Shown in pieces: positions 1-8,036 of a DNA stretch of 64,000 bases. A model generated the notes under the pieces. It was not told the origin of the DNA, did not search any database, and saw nothing but the letters and a program-made list of their open reading frames with translations. Within the stretch, counting starts at the first letter, position 1. Each line of letters opens with the position of its first letter. A program made the position numbers and the translations under genes. This DNA is from an uncultured virus (IMG/VR IMGVR_UViG_3300044678_003809) (Duplodnaviria > Heunggongvirae > Uroviricota > Caudoviricetes): IMG/VR virus record IMGVR_UViG_3300044678_003809, one strand, 5' to 3'.

Positions 1-63
1 TGGGCTCGAACTCGTCGAAGCAGCGCAGGCTGTACTTCGGATTCTCTCTGTTGGCGGTGAAGA

Positions 64-879
64 TCATCTTGGGTCCTTCTTGGTGAGCGTGCTCGCGGCG
101 GCCTGGCGGACGACGGCCTGCCCGTCCAAGTGATTCAGGCTCACCAAGACGTCCCGAGGCGCGTTGGGGTTGAGGGCAACATGGAGTCGCACGAACATGA
201 CCGAGTCGGTCGCCAGGCGCCGCAGGGAGGCCTCGTCGGTCTGGGGGTTTCGAGCCACGTCGATGCGGACGTCGTCGTCTGTGTCGGCCGCGAGCAACTC
301 GAGCGTCTCAGGAGTCGTGCTCCGGTTCGCGGCGACGCCTTGCAGCAGGATCACGAACACGGGCTTCTCGGCCACGAACCGGTGCAGCGTGGCTGAGGGG
401 GTGTTCGGGTTGGCCGCCACGTTGCGGCGGACGCCCAAGTCGGGGTCCTGGGCGAGTTGCTCGAGGACCGTCGGGGGTGTGTTGTGGTGACGGGCCACGG
501 CCTGCCGGATAGGGGTCGCGGCGTCGGCGGCCAGGGCCGTCAGGCACGTCGTATCCGCTTGGGGGTCGGTGGCCCGTCGGTGCCGTTCCAACGCGTCGGC
601 CATCACAGAAAACGCCCGTTCCACCCTGTCCATTGTGTACTCCCACGCGTGTGCCGGGTTTCGGCGGACGGAAACACCCGGGACGGGAACCGCGCAGAAA
701 CCGTTTTCATGTGTCCGATCCACCACCACCGCGATGCCGATGCGGAAGCCGTACCGCGCCAAGAAGTCGAGCAGCGCGCCACCCGCGGAGGGTCCGGCGC
801 TCCAGTACGGAGTGCCCATGGCCGTCACCACGAAGCGGCGGCGGCCGGTCTGTTCGATCCACAGCAGCGGCGTCGGCAT
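64..879 (-). CDS. LRV/HEAT-like 24-aa repeat protein with unique N-terminal domain
   Basis: C-terminal repeats LAxDxxxxVRxxVAxNPxTP. Confidence 0.75.
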   Translation of the reverse strand: MPTPLLWIEQTGRRRFVVTAMGTPYWSAGPSAGGALLDFLARYGFRIGIAVVVDRTHENGFCAVPVPGVSVRRNPAHAWEYTMDRVERAFSVMADALERHRRATDPQADTTCLTALAADAATPIRQAVARHHNTPPTVLEQLAQDPDLGVRRNVAANPNTPSATLHRFVAEKPVFVILLQGVAANRSTTPETLELLAADTDDDVRIDVARNPQTDEASLRRLATDSVMFVRLHVALNPNAPRDVLVSLNHLDGQAVVRQAAASTLTKKDPR

Positions 880-882
880 CGT

Positions 883-1257
883 TTAGCGGCGCCTCCCGGG
901 CATCTCCACAGGGCGCAACGACCGGAGCGTGTCGTGGAGCCCTTGCAGGCTGCTGACGGCGTCTTTGAGGATCTGCACCACAGACCCCTCGGGGATGTAC
1001 TTGAGGGTCAGGACCCGGATGTGTGGGACCGGCGCGGTGGCCGACCCGCCATTGTGGTCGCTCTCCGGCGGGCCCACATCGATGTCGCACTGCCCCGAGG
1101 GACGCTTGGGGTAGTAGTCGATCGAACACGGCCAGCCGTCGATGAAGGTCTTCAGGAACAGGCCGGCGCCGGTGCTTGCGTCGGCGGTGCCGACGACCTG
1201 CATTCCGGCCGCCCACGCGGGGATGGTGATGTAGATCAGGTTCTTGTTGCTACTCAT
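883..1257 (-). CDS. hypothetical protein
   Basis: ORF coupled to neighbours; GAGGA RBS upstream. Confidence 0.6.
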   Translation of the reverse strand: MSSNKNLIYITIPAWAAGMQVVGTADASTGAGLFLKTFIDGWPCSIDYYPKRPSGQCDIDVGPPESDHNGGSATAPVPHIRVLTLKYIPEGSVVQILKDAVSSLQGLHDTLRSLRPVEMPGRRR

Positions 1258-1756
1258 GGTCCTCTTCCTTGTGTTCTTCGGTCTGGACGTCGGCCCATAC
1301 CCGGCGTAGTAGCCCGATGGCCCGGCGCATCAGTACGTGATCGGCCTCGGGGGCTACGCCGCGGACCCTCGGGTCGAGCAGGAGTCTCCGCTTCTTATAG
1401 GCGTCCTGGGGTTCGATGAAAGTGTCGCAGACCGAGCAATGGAAGCCGCCACCATGGGCTCGTACCAGTTCGGGGCTGCGCATCCCCGAATGCCCCTCGG
1501 GGCATGTCATGGACCACTGGTCCGCAAGATACCCGTCGGCGACGAGTTCCTCCAGAACATTCGGTGTCACACATTCGCGTTTGAAGAGATGCTCCCCCGG
1601 GCACTGCACGGACCGGTGTTCCTTCCTCAACGCCGCGAAGACCGCGATGACCGACTGGGCCTCGGCCGACAGATGGGGGCGCGGGGCGGCTGCGGGGTCG
1701 GCGGCATCAATCGTCTCGAGCAGACGCTGGATCTCGTTTTTGAGGGTCTGGTTCAT
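1250..1756 (-). CDS. hypothetical protein with Zn-binding Cys/His motifs
   Basis: CPGEH, CPEGH and CSVC motifs; overlaps next gene. Confidence 0.6.
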   Translation of the reverse strand: MNQTLKNEIQRLLETIDAADPAAAPRPHLSAEAQSVIAVFAALRKEHRSVQCPGEHLFKRECVTPNVLEELVADGYLADQWSMTCPEGHSGMRSPELVRAHGGGFHCSVCDTFIEPQDAYKKRRLLLDPRVRGVAPEADHVLMRRAIGLLRRVWADVQTEEHKEEDHE

Positions 1757-1886
1757 GTCTTCTTCCGGTCCGTCAGGGGGTCGTAGATGTTGAGTGCCCG
1801 ACCTGAGAAAGGACTGTACTTTGGTTTACTGGGCTGTACTCGAGACTGCTCGGCACTATGATGGGCCGATGTGCTCCGCATGGGAA

Positions 1887-2117
1887 TCAGCGGTATCGTT
1901 CGATGGGTTCCTCGCGGTGCCACTCGAACCCACGCACCTTGCTGTTGTTGAAGAAGGCGGCCAGACTCACGGTGATGTCCCGAGCGCCCGGTAGCGGGTT
2001 CCCCTCCTCGCTGCAGGTCATAATGCGGGCGCGACTCTCGTAGACTTCGATGACGCGGATGAACCGTGTGCGCCGCGGGTCGCGGTCACGCCAGATTTGT
2101 TTGGCTTTGGGCAACAT
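1887..2117 (-). CDS. small hypothetical protein (MLPKAKQIWRDRD...)
   Basis: ATG at 2117 preceded by CAGGAGT RBS; the longer ORF call runs into the array. Confidence 0.6.
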   Translation of the reverse strand: MLPKAKQIWRDRDPRRTRFIRVIEVYESRARIMTCSEEGNPLPGARDITVSLAAFFNNSKVRGFEWHREEPIERYR

Positions 2118-2127
2118 AGGACTCCTG

Positions 2128-3126
2128 AGAAACGACTTTGGTTTGCGTTGCTGGGCATTGGAACGGTCAGCGATGCGATGCTGCGCGGGGCATAGAACGG
2201 CTACGGAATGCGGCGCGAGGGGATGGATGACCATGCTCCAAGATGTGGAGGTCGGGGCCGCGGACGCTACGCCAGAAAGCCTTCGGTTTGGAGCGCGCCA
2301 GTCTGCTGTACTAGGCGTAGCGTAGCGTCGCGCAGTCATGTCTGGGGAGGCAGGATTCGGAGGCCCTTACAGGGTCGCAAAGGCTACGGATTGCAGTGCA
2401 ATGCTCTGGTTCGGTCGGGGTCACTCGACATTGGTGTAATAGAGCCGAGCATCTCAAGTCGGAATGAGAAAGAACGCCCACATCCATGGGCACAAAAGAC
2501 TTCGGATTGGTGCACGCCACTCTACTCAGCAGCACTCCGCTCGGTAGGCTCAAAGGACTTCGGATTGGAAAGCAAAGCGCCAGTCCACACGGCTCCAGAC
2601 TGCGGTGCTCGGCGCAGAACGACTAGAAGGGGGCCCCACACGGGGCACAAAAGACTTCGCTTTGGGATGCGTGGCAATACCCAGGGCCGGTTCGGGACAC
2701 GGGACGTGGCGTGGCAGAGCAGAACACTTGGATTCAGGTCGGAATGAGAAAGAGCGCCCCGGCTCGGGGCATAAAGACTTCGGATTGGAGTGCGCTGCGG
2801 CACGAGGGGCCGGATCAGCACGGCGCGCAACGATTGGTAGTGATTGCGTGAACGGCCCGATTCAGGTCGGAATGAGAAAGAACGCCCCGGCTCGGGGCAC
2901 AAAAGTCTTCGGATTGGAGTGCGCTGCGGCACGAGGGGTCGGATTGCTGAACTCAACTCTATTCAGCAGCACAAGGCACGGCAGTTCGACAGCGTCGGGA
3001 TTCAGGTCGGAATGAGAAAGAACGCCCCGGCTCGGGGCATAAAGACTTCGGATTGCGGTGCACCGCGTCAGTGTGCGTTGGGCTGCAGGGCGCGAGATTG
3101 CGCAGGCCTGCACCACTTCGCAACAG
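2128..3126 (-). ncRNA. putative guide-RNA array: about 10 units of hairpin repeat plus pentamer-periodic variable tract (VIPR-like)
   Basis: Repeat core GGGGCAYAAA(A)GACTTCGGATTG (plus strand) recurs about 10 times; full 57-58 bp copies at 2731, 2859 and 2999; intervening tracts are runs of RSNNN pentamers; begins at the stop codon of a RAMP-like gene. Confidence 0.8.
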
Positions 3127-3723
3127 CTAGAGCGTCGAGCGGCCGTCCAGCTCCCAGCGGGTGATGTTGAACGTGCCGTAGGGCCCGCGGCATGCGGGCC
3201 GGAACGAGCCGATGCCGATCTTGGTGCCGGCGTCGCGCACCAGGTTGTAGACCAGCTCGTTCGAGAACATCTCCGTGTCGAGGTCGAGGTCGAAGCTCGC
3301 CGCCCAGCGGTCGAGACGGCCGCGCACGATCACGACGGCCACGCCGTTGTTGGGGTTGACGCCGCGCCGCGAGTCGACCTCGAACTGGGTCGTGCCGAGA
3401 TCGGCCTCGAACGTGCGCATCAGCAGGCCGCCCGGGATGATCGACGACTTCGCGTTGGTCAGCGACGCGCGGCCGTTCTTGTGGAATCGGCCCGCGGCCA
3501 CGATGGCCGAGTAGAGCATCACGCCGGGGATGCAGAGGTTGGCCTTGTGGTCGTTGTTGAGCCGGTACACGGTCTTGTCGGCCATTTCGCGCGGCGTCAG
3601 CGTCTCGCCCGTCCTCAGCGCCTTGCGGGCGCCGGACTTCAGCAGCGCCTCCTGGGTCTCTTCGCTGAAGCGGTGCATGAGCAGCGGCGTCTTGCCGGTG
3701 ATCTCGAGATGGATGGTGGCCAT
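3127..3723 (-). CDS. solitary RAMP / Cas7-Csm3-like protein (Vipr-like)
   Basis: N-terminal strand IHLEITGKTPLLMH, IPG..LYSAI helix, C-terminal Gly-rich loop GIGSFRPACRGPYGTF typical of RAMPs; AAGGAG RBS. Confidence 0.75.
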   Translation of the reverse strand: MATIHLEITGKTPLLMHRFSEETQEALLKSGARKALRTGETLTPREMADKTVYRLNNDHKANLCIPGVMLYSAIVAAGRFHKNGRASLTNAKSSIIPGGLLMRTFEADLGTTQFEVDSRRGVNPNNGVAVVIVRGRLDRWAASFDLDLDTEMFSNELVYNLVRDAGTKIGIGSFRPACRGPYGTFNITRWELDGRSTL

Positions 3724-3787
3724 GGTGTCTTCGTCTCCTTCGAGTTCTGTGATTGGCTGTGGTCAGGTTCGTTTGAGAGAGCGCGGT

Positions 3788-4510
3788 TCAGCGTTTGACG
3801 CGCTCGGCGATGACCCACCGTACGTGCGGGTCGGAATCCTTCGCGAGCTGAGTGATGAGGTCTTCGGGAAGAGTTGCGTGGTCGGCAATGCCCACGCGTA
3901 CGAACGGAAACGGGTCTGCGGCGAGCTTGCGCACGATGTCTGCAGGGAGGTCCGCACGCCAAGTGACCGCGTGCCGCACACAACTGTCGGGATCGGCCGC
4001 GAGCTTGCGTACGAGGTCGACGGGGAGGTTCTCGCGCATTGCGACGCGCTCGCGCACCCGGAGGAACTCATCGGCCGCGAGCTGGGCCACGAGGTCCGCA
4101 GGGAGATCGGGGCGGTCGGCTGCGACCATACGGACGCTGTAGTCGTTGTCCACCGCGAGCTTGCGCACGAGGTCCATGGGGAGGTCCGCGTGAGCGGCGA
4201 TGGCCGTGCGCGTGGTCAAAGAAGTGTCCACCAAGAGACGCGTCACGAAGTCCTCCAGCAGGTCCGCGCGCTGCCGCTCGGCGGCCACCGCGTCGCAGAG
4301 CCGGGGCAGCAGCGCGGGCATCGCGGCCACAGCGGTCAACGTTTCAAGGGGGACGTGACCAGCGGACACGAACGCATGCCCCATCGGGGACTGGATGCGG
4401 AATCCCTGCAGTGAGTGTCGCGACAGAGCCTGCGCGGTGATCGTCACGTCGGCCAGCGTCGCGGAGAGCGCGCGGGCTTCGTCGAGTAGCGTCTTCGTGG
4501 GATCGTCCAT
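3788..4510 (-). CDS. LRV repeat protein
   Basis: 24-aa repeats LAADxxxxVRxxVAxRxDLPxDLV; start MDDPTK. Confidence 0.8.
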   Translation of the reverse strand: MDDPTKTLLDEARALSATLADVTITAQALSRHSLQGFRIQSPMGHAFVSAGHVPLETLTAVAAMPALLPRLCDAVAAERQRADLLEDFVTRLLVDTSLTTRTAIAAHADLPMDLVRKLAVDNDYSVRMVAADRPDLPADLVAQLAADEFLRVRERVAMRENLPVDLVRKLAADPDSCVRHAVTWRADLPADIVRKLAADPFPFVRVGIADHATLPEDLITQLAKDSDPHVRWVIAERVKR

Positions 4511-4559
4511 GGTCGGGGTCTCGTCCGTCGAAAAAGTGGTCCGTTGGCGAGAGCGCGTT

Positions 4560-5549
4560 TCAGCCCTGGGTGCGCTGGGTGACGGCATCTCGTACTTCAC
4601 GGACCGGGTCCGCTGCGAGCTTGCGCACGAGGTTGGCGGGGAGCTTCTCGCGCATTGCGATGCGCTCGCGCACCCACGCTTTTGGGTCCTCCGCGAGCAT
4701 GGTCACGAGGCGCCCAGGGAGATCCGCCTGCTCGGCAATGGCCCCCCGCACGTCGGAATAGGCGTCGACTGCGAGTTTGGCCATGAGGGCCGATGGAAGG
4801 TCGGAACGCTTGGCGATCGCGGCGCGCACGCCCCTGTCAGGGTCCTCCGCGAACTTGGCCACGAGGTCCGCCGGAAGGTCGGCGCGCTGTGCGATGGTCG
4901 TGCGCACGTCCACGTCGGGGTCGGCCGCGAGTTGAGCCACCAGGTCTGACGAGAGGTCGGCACGCCCGGCGATCGTCGCACGCACGCCCCTGTCGGGGTC
5001 CTCTGCGAGCTTGACGATCAAGTCCTTGGGGAGGTCACTGCGGCTGGCAACGGGCTCACGCACGTAACCCTCCGGGTCGGCCGCGAGTTGAGCCACCAGG
5101 TCGGATGAAAGGTCGGGGCGCGCGGCGATGACCGACCGAACGTCCCAGAACCGGTCCGCCGCGAACTGAGCCACGAGGTTCTCGGGGAGATTCGTGTATT
5201 CGGCGAGGCACGCACGCACTTCCATCTCCGCTTCCTCCCCGAGGCTGGCCACGAAGGCCTCGAGTCGCGCGACCTTGGCGGTCAACTCCGCGACGTCCGG
5301 CAATGGGGCATGGCGGACGATGTCGGACGAGAAGTACCCCCCGGACGTGTATGCGATGTCCCGGGTCACTTCGGTGGCCACGACGGTCGTGAACGGACCG
5401 ACAAAAACACCGCTGTGATGCGCTGTGTGATCCGTGAACACAACCCCGTAGCATCCGTTCTTGTGCTCCGCGACGGACCACCCAGGGGCCGTCGCCGCAC
5501 CGTTGCGCTCGCTGGGCAGGAGCCCGCGCAGTCGTTGTTCGGTAGTCAT
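4560..5549 (-). CDS. LRV repeat protein with N-terminal RHAPLPD domain
   Basis: About nine 24-aa repeats; near-identical 72-bp DNA units. Confidence 0.8.
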   Translation of the reverse strand: MTTEQRLRGLLPSERNGAATAPGWSVAEHKNGCYGVVFTDHTAHHSGVFVGPFTTVVATEVTRDIAYTSGGYFSSDIVRHAPLPDVAELTAKVARLEAFVASLGEEAEMEVRACLAEYTNLPENLVAQFAADRFWDVRSVIAARPDLSSDLVAQLAADPEGYVREPVASRSDLPKDLIVKLAEDPDRGVRATIAGRADLSSDLVAQLAADPDVDVRTTIAQRADLPADLVAKFAEDPDRGVRAAIAKRSDLPSALMAKLAVDAYSDVRGAIAEQADLPGRLVTMLAEDPKAWVRERIAMREKLPANLVRKLAADPVREVRDAVTQRTQG

Positions 5550-6136
5550 TCGTCCTCTACCTCCACCACGACGCCCCCGATGGGGCTGTCGTCGTCCTGA
5601 ATCCCGGGGATGTCGAAGTTGAGCACCTCATGGACGCGGAAGCATGCCCGCTGGTGGCTGATCCGACCTGCGGCCAGGTTCTTGAATGTGATCTCGGCTG
5701 CGCCCAGGTAGGCGGCCAGACGGTCCCGCTCTTCGACCACGGCACGGATTCGGTCCACCAGTGGCACGCGCTGGCCGGCGGGGAACAACCTCCGCGCAGC
5801 CTGCAAGGTCATCGTGATGTGGTCGCACAGCCCCCGGGCCGAACTCAGGTAAGCCTCGGTCTGCTCGACCCGGGTGACCAGCGCGTCGAAATCGGGGAGG
5901 GGGGCGTGACGGATAATAACCCGCTCGTCCTCCAGATATGACTCGTCCTTTCCCCCGATGTACAGATGGACGACGCCACGAACCCCCACAGCCTCGACGA
6001 TGCTGATGTGCATCGGCTCATCGCGCGACCACCGCCCCGAGAACGGGTTGCGCCACTCGATGATGAACCATCCGGGCTCGGTGGGTTCGCCGTTGGGTAC
6101 GACCGGCAGGTGCGCGCAGAGCGGGTTGGTGGCCAT
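5546..6136 (-). CDS. hypothetical protein (DUF551-like RHAPLPD motif plus coiled coil)
   Basis: PTEPGWFII...IIRHAPLPD; 4-nt overlap with next gene. Confidence 0.55.
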   Translation of the reverse strand: MATNPLCAHLPVVPNGEPTEPGWFIIEWRNPFSGRWSRDEPMHISIVEAVGVRGVVHLYIGGKDESYLEDERVIIRHAPLPDFDALVTRVEQTEAYLSSARGLCDHITMTLQAARRLFPAGQRVPLVDRIRAVVEERDRLAAYLGAAEITFKNLAAGRISHQRACFRVHEVLNFDIPGIQDDDSPIGGVVVEVEDE

Positions 6137-6138
6137 GA

Positions 6139-7314
6139 CTACTTCGCGCCTCCCGGGGCCGCGGGCCGCTCAGTACGTCCCGTCACGACGAGGTTGATCA
6201 CGGCGTCAGGCAGCGGCGGGACACACTGGTGCTCGTTGGCCGCTTGTACCGCCGCGAGGACCGCAGGTGTACCGAGACCGATCTGGCGTAGGGCGTTATG
6301 GAGACGGTGCATCGCATCGGTGCGGTTCTCGGTGATCTTGTCCGGCAACTTGTACGGTGGCTCCGTCGGGATGGTGACGCCCGCGCCGAGAGCCAGCGTC
6401 AAGCATGACTCCACGAGTTGGTGAATCTCCGCCGCGGGCAGCGGCGGGACACACAGGCGCGTGTTGGTCACTTGCGCAGTGACGGCGATGCCCCGGGGAT
6501 CGAGCCCGAGTTGGCGAAGGGCCTGGATGAAGGCCGACATCTCGTTGCGGCGGTGCCTTGTGATCTTGTCCGGCAGCTTGTACGGCTGCTCCGTCGGGCC
6601 GGTGGCGCCCGCGCTGGGGGCCGGCACCGCGCACTTCGCGCAGCAGAGCTGGCGAAACCCGGAGCCGTCGCTCGGTCGGGAGAAACGGCCGTCCCAGATG
6701 AACCCGCCGCACGCACACATGCGTGGGGGCAGGTCGGTGGCCTGCATCAGAGTGAGCAGGCTCAGGAGCAACTTGGACGTGGCCACGGCGTCGCCGAGGG
6801 CCGTGTGCCGCTCGCCCTCGGGCACCTTGATGTTGAAGTGCGCCAGGCCTTCGTCCAGGCTCGAGCACATCGGCATCTTGCCGGCGGCGCCGAGCGCCCA
6901 CATGATCGCGTGGGTGTCGATCGTTCGGTAGTTGAACGGGTAATCGTTCAGATCGCGAAGGCGGTACAGGCGCTTCAGGAAGCCCACGTCGAACGCGACG
7001 TTGTGGCCGCATAGGATCGTCTTCCCCGGGTCCATGTCTTGCTGCACGAAGAAGGACTCCAGGGCGGCGCAGACCCCCCGGGGCGAGTACCCGCGCGCTC
7101 CGATCGTCCGCAGATCGATCTGATTAATCTCGAGCGCCTTCGGCGTGACGGAGAGCACAGGCTCTCTGACGAACCACTCTCCACTGACCGGCGCGCCGTC
7201 GGTGGTGTAGCGTCCGACGCGCACCAGAGCGATGGACAGCAGGCTGTGCTCGCTCGGGTCGGTGCCGCCGGTCTCGGTGTCGATGACCACGATGTTGTCA
7301 AGGTCCATGAGCAT
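6139..7314 (-). CDS. DEDDh 3'-5' exonuclease (DnaQ-like) fused to a Zn finger and two PriCT-1-like domains
   Basis: DTETGG, GHNVAFD, IDT and HTALGDA motifs; duplicated N..CVPPLP C-terminal domain. Confidence 0.85.
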   Translation of the reverse strand: MLMDLDNIVVIDTETGGTDPSEHSLLSIALVRVGRYTTDGAPVSGEWFVREPVLSVTPKALEINQIDLRTIGARGYSPRGVCAALESFFVQQDMDPGKTILCGHNVAFDVGFLKRLYRLRDLNDYPFNYRTIDTHAIMWALGAAGKMPMCSSLDEGLAHFNIKVPEGERHTALGDAVATSKLLLSLLTLMQATDLPPRMCACGGFIWDGRFSRPSDGSGFRQLCCAKCAVPAPSAGATGPTEQPYKLPDKITRHRRNEMSAFIQALRQLGLDPRGIAVTAQVTNTRLCVPPLPAAEIHQLVESCLTLALGAGVTIPTEPPYKLPDKITENRTDAMHRLHNALRQIGLGTPAVLAAVQAANEHQCVPPLPDAVINLVVTGRTERPAAPGGAK

Positions 7315-7370
7315 CGTTCGCGTCCTTTTCTCGTTCTCGGGACCGGCGGGCTGGCCGGCCATCGACCGAG

Positions 7371-7459
7371 ACCATAAAACAGCCGGCCGCCGAGATGCAA
7401 ACGATAATTCTCATTGTCGGTAGTTTTTTCTTGCATACGACCCCGCCGGCCCGTACAAC
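7371..7459. promoter_or_regulatory. divergent sigma70-like promoters
   Basis: Plus strand: TTGCAT(7431)-17 nt-TACAAC(7454). Minus strand: TTGCAT(7400)-18 nt-TATGGT(7376). AT-rich core between divergent operons. Confidence 0.55.
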
Positions 7460-7505
7460 GGTCGGGTGACCGGCCGGCGCCGGCCAACGACTGACGGAGC
7501 CCCCG

Positions 7506-8036
7506 ATGGACCTCAAGAGCATGACCCCCGACCAGCGATTGCGGAAAGCCGGCGAGCTGGACCTCCCGGCCGACGTCGTGGACGAGCTGGCGCTGGACGA
7601 GGACGTTCGGGTGCGGCGCCTCGTCGCCACCCACCCGGGCCTCCCGGCCGACACGCTGGTCCACCTCTCGGACGATGAGGATGTTCTGGTGCGGCGTGCG
7701 CTCGTCGGCCGAACGGACTTCCCCGAAAGCCTCGTGGCCCCGTTCGCCGCGGACCTCGACTGGTACATTCGCGTGTGTATCGCCGGGCGCGGCGGCCTCC
7801 ACATCGGCCTCGTGTTCGATCTTGCGGCTGACGAGGATTCCCGCGTGCGACGCGCCATCGCCCGGCGTGCGGGCCTCCCGGGGTACCTCGTGGCCCAACT
7901 GGCGGGGGATGAAGACTGGTCTGTGCGACGCGTCATCGCCCGGCGCGCAGATCTCACCGAAGACCTGGCGGCCCAACTCGCCGGTGATGAAGACGAAGAC
8001 GTGCGCGCGGCCATCGCAGCCAGGAGCGCGACGTGA
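7506..8036 (+). CDS. LRV repeat protein 1 of tandem cluster
   Basis: 24-aa repeats; MDLKSMTPDQ start; GGAG RBS. Confidence 0.85.
   Translation: MDLKSMTPDQRLRKAGELDLPADVVDELALDEDVRVRRLVATHPGLPADTLVHLSDDEDVLVRRALVGRTDFPESLVAPFAADLDWYIRVCIAGRGGLHIGLVFDLAADEDSRVRRAIARRAGLPGYLVAQLAGDEDWSVRRVIARRADLTEDLAAQLAGDEDEDVRAAIAARSAT

Noticed and set aside
2128..3126. Canonical CRISPR array or TIGR array
   Set aside because: Repeats are long and degenerate, tract lengths vary from 35 to 80 nt and carry 5-nt periodicity, and there are no cas1/cas2, box C/D motifs or Nop-domain gene
2208..3164. ORFs overlapping the array (2208-2747, 2522-2956, 2605-3015, 2844-3164 etc.)
   Set aside because: Repeats fall in different frames and the period is 5, not 3; no RBS or coding bias
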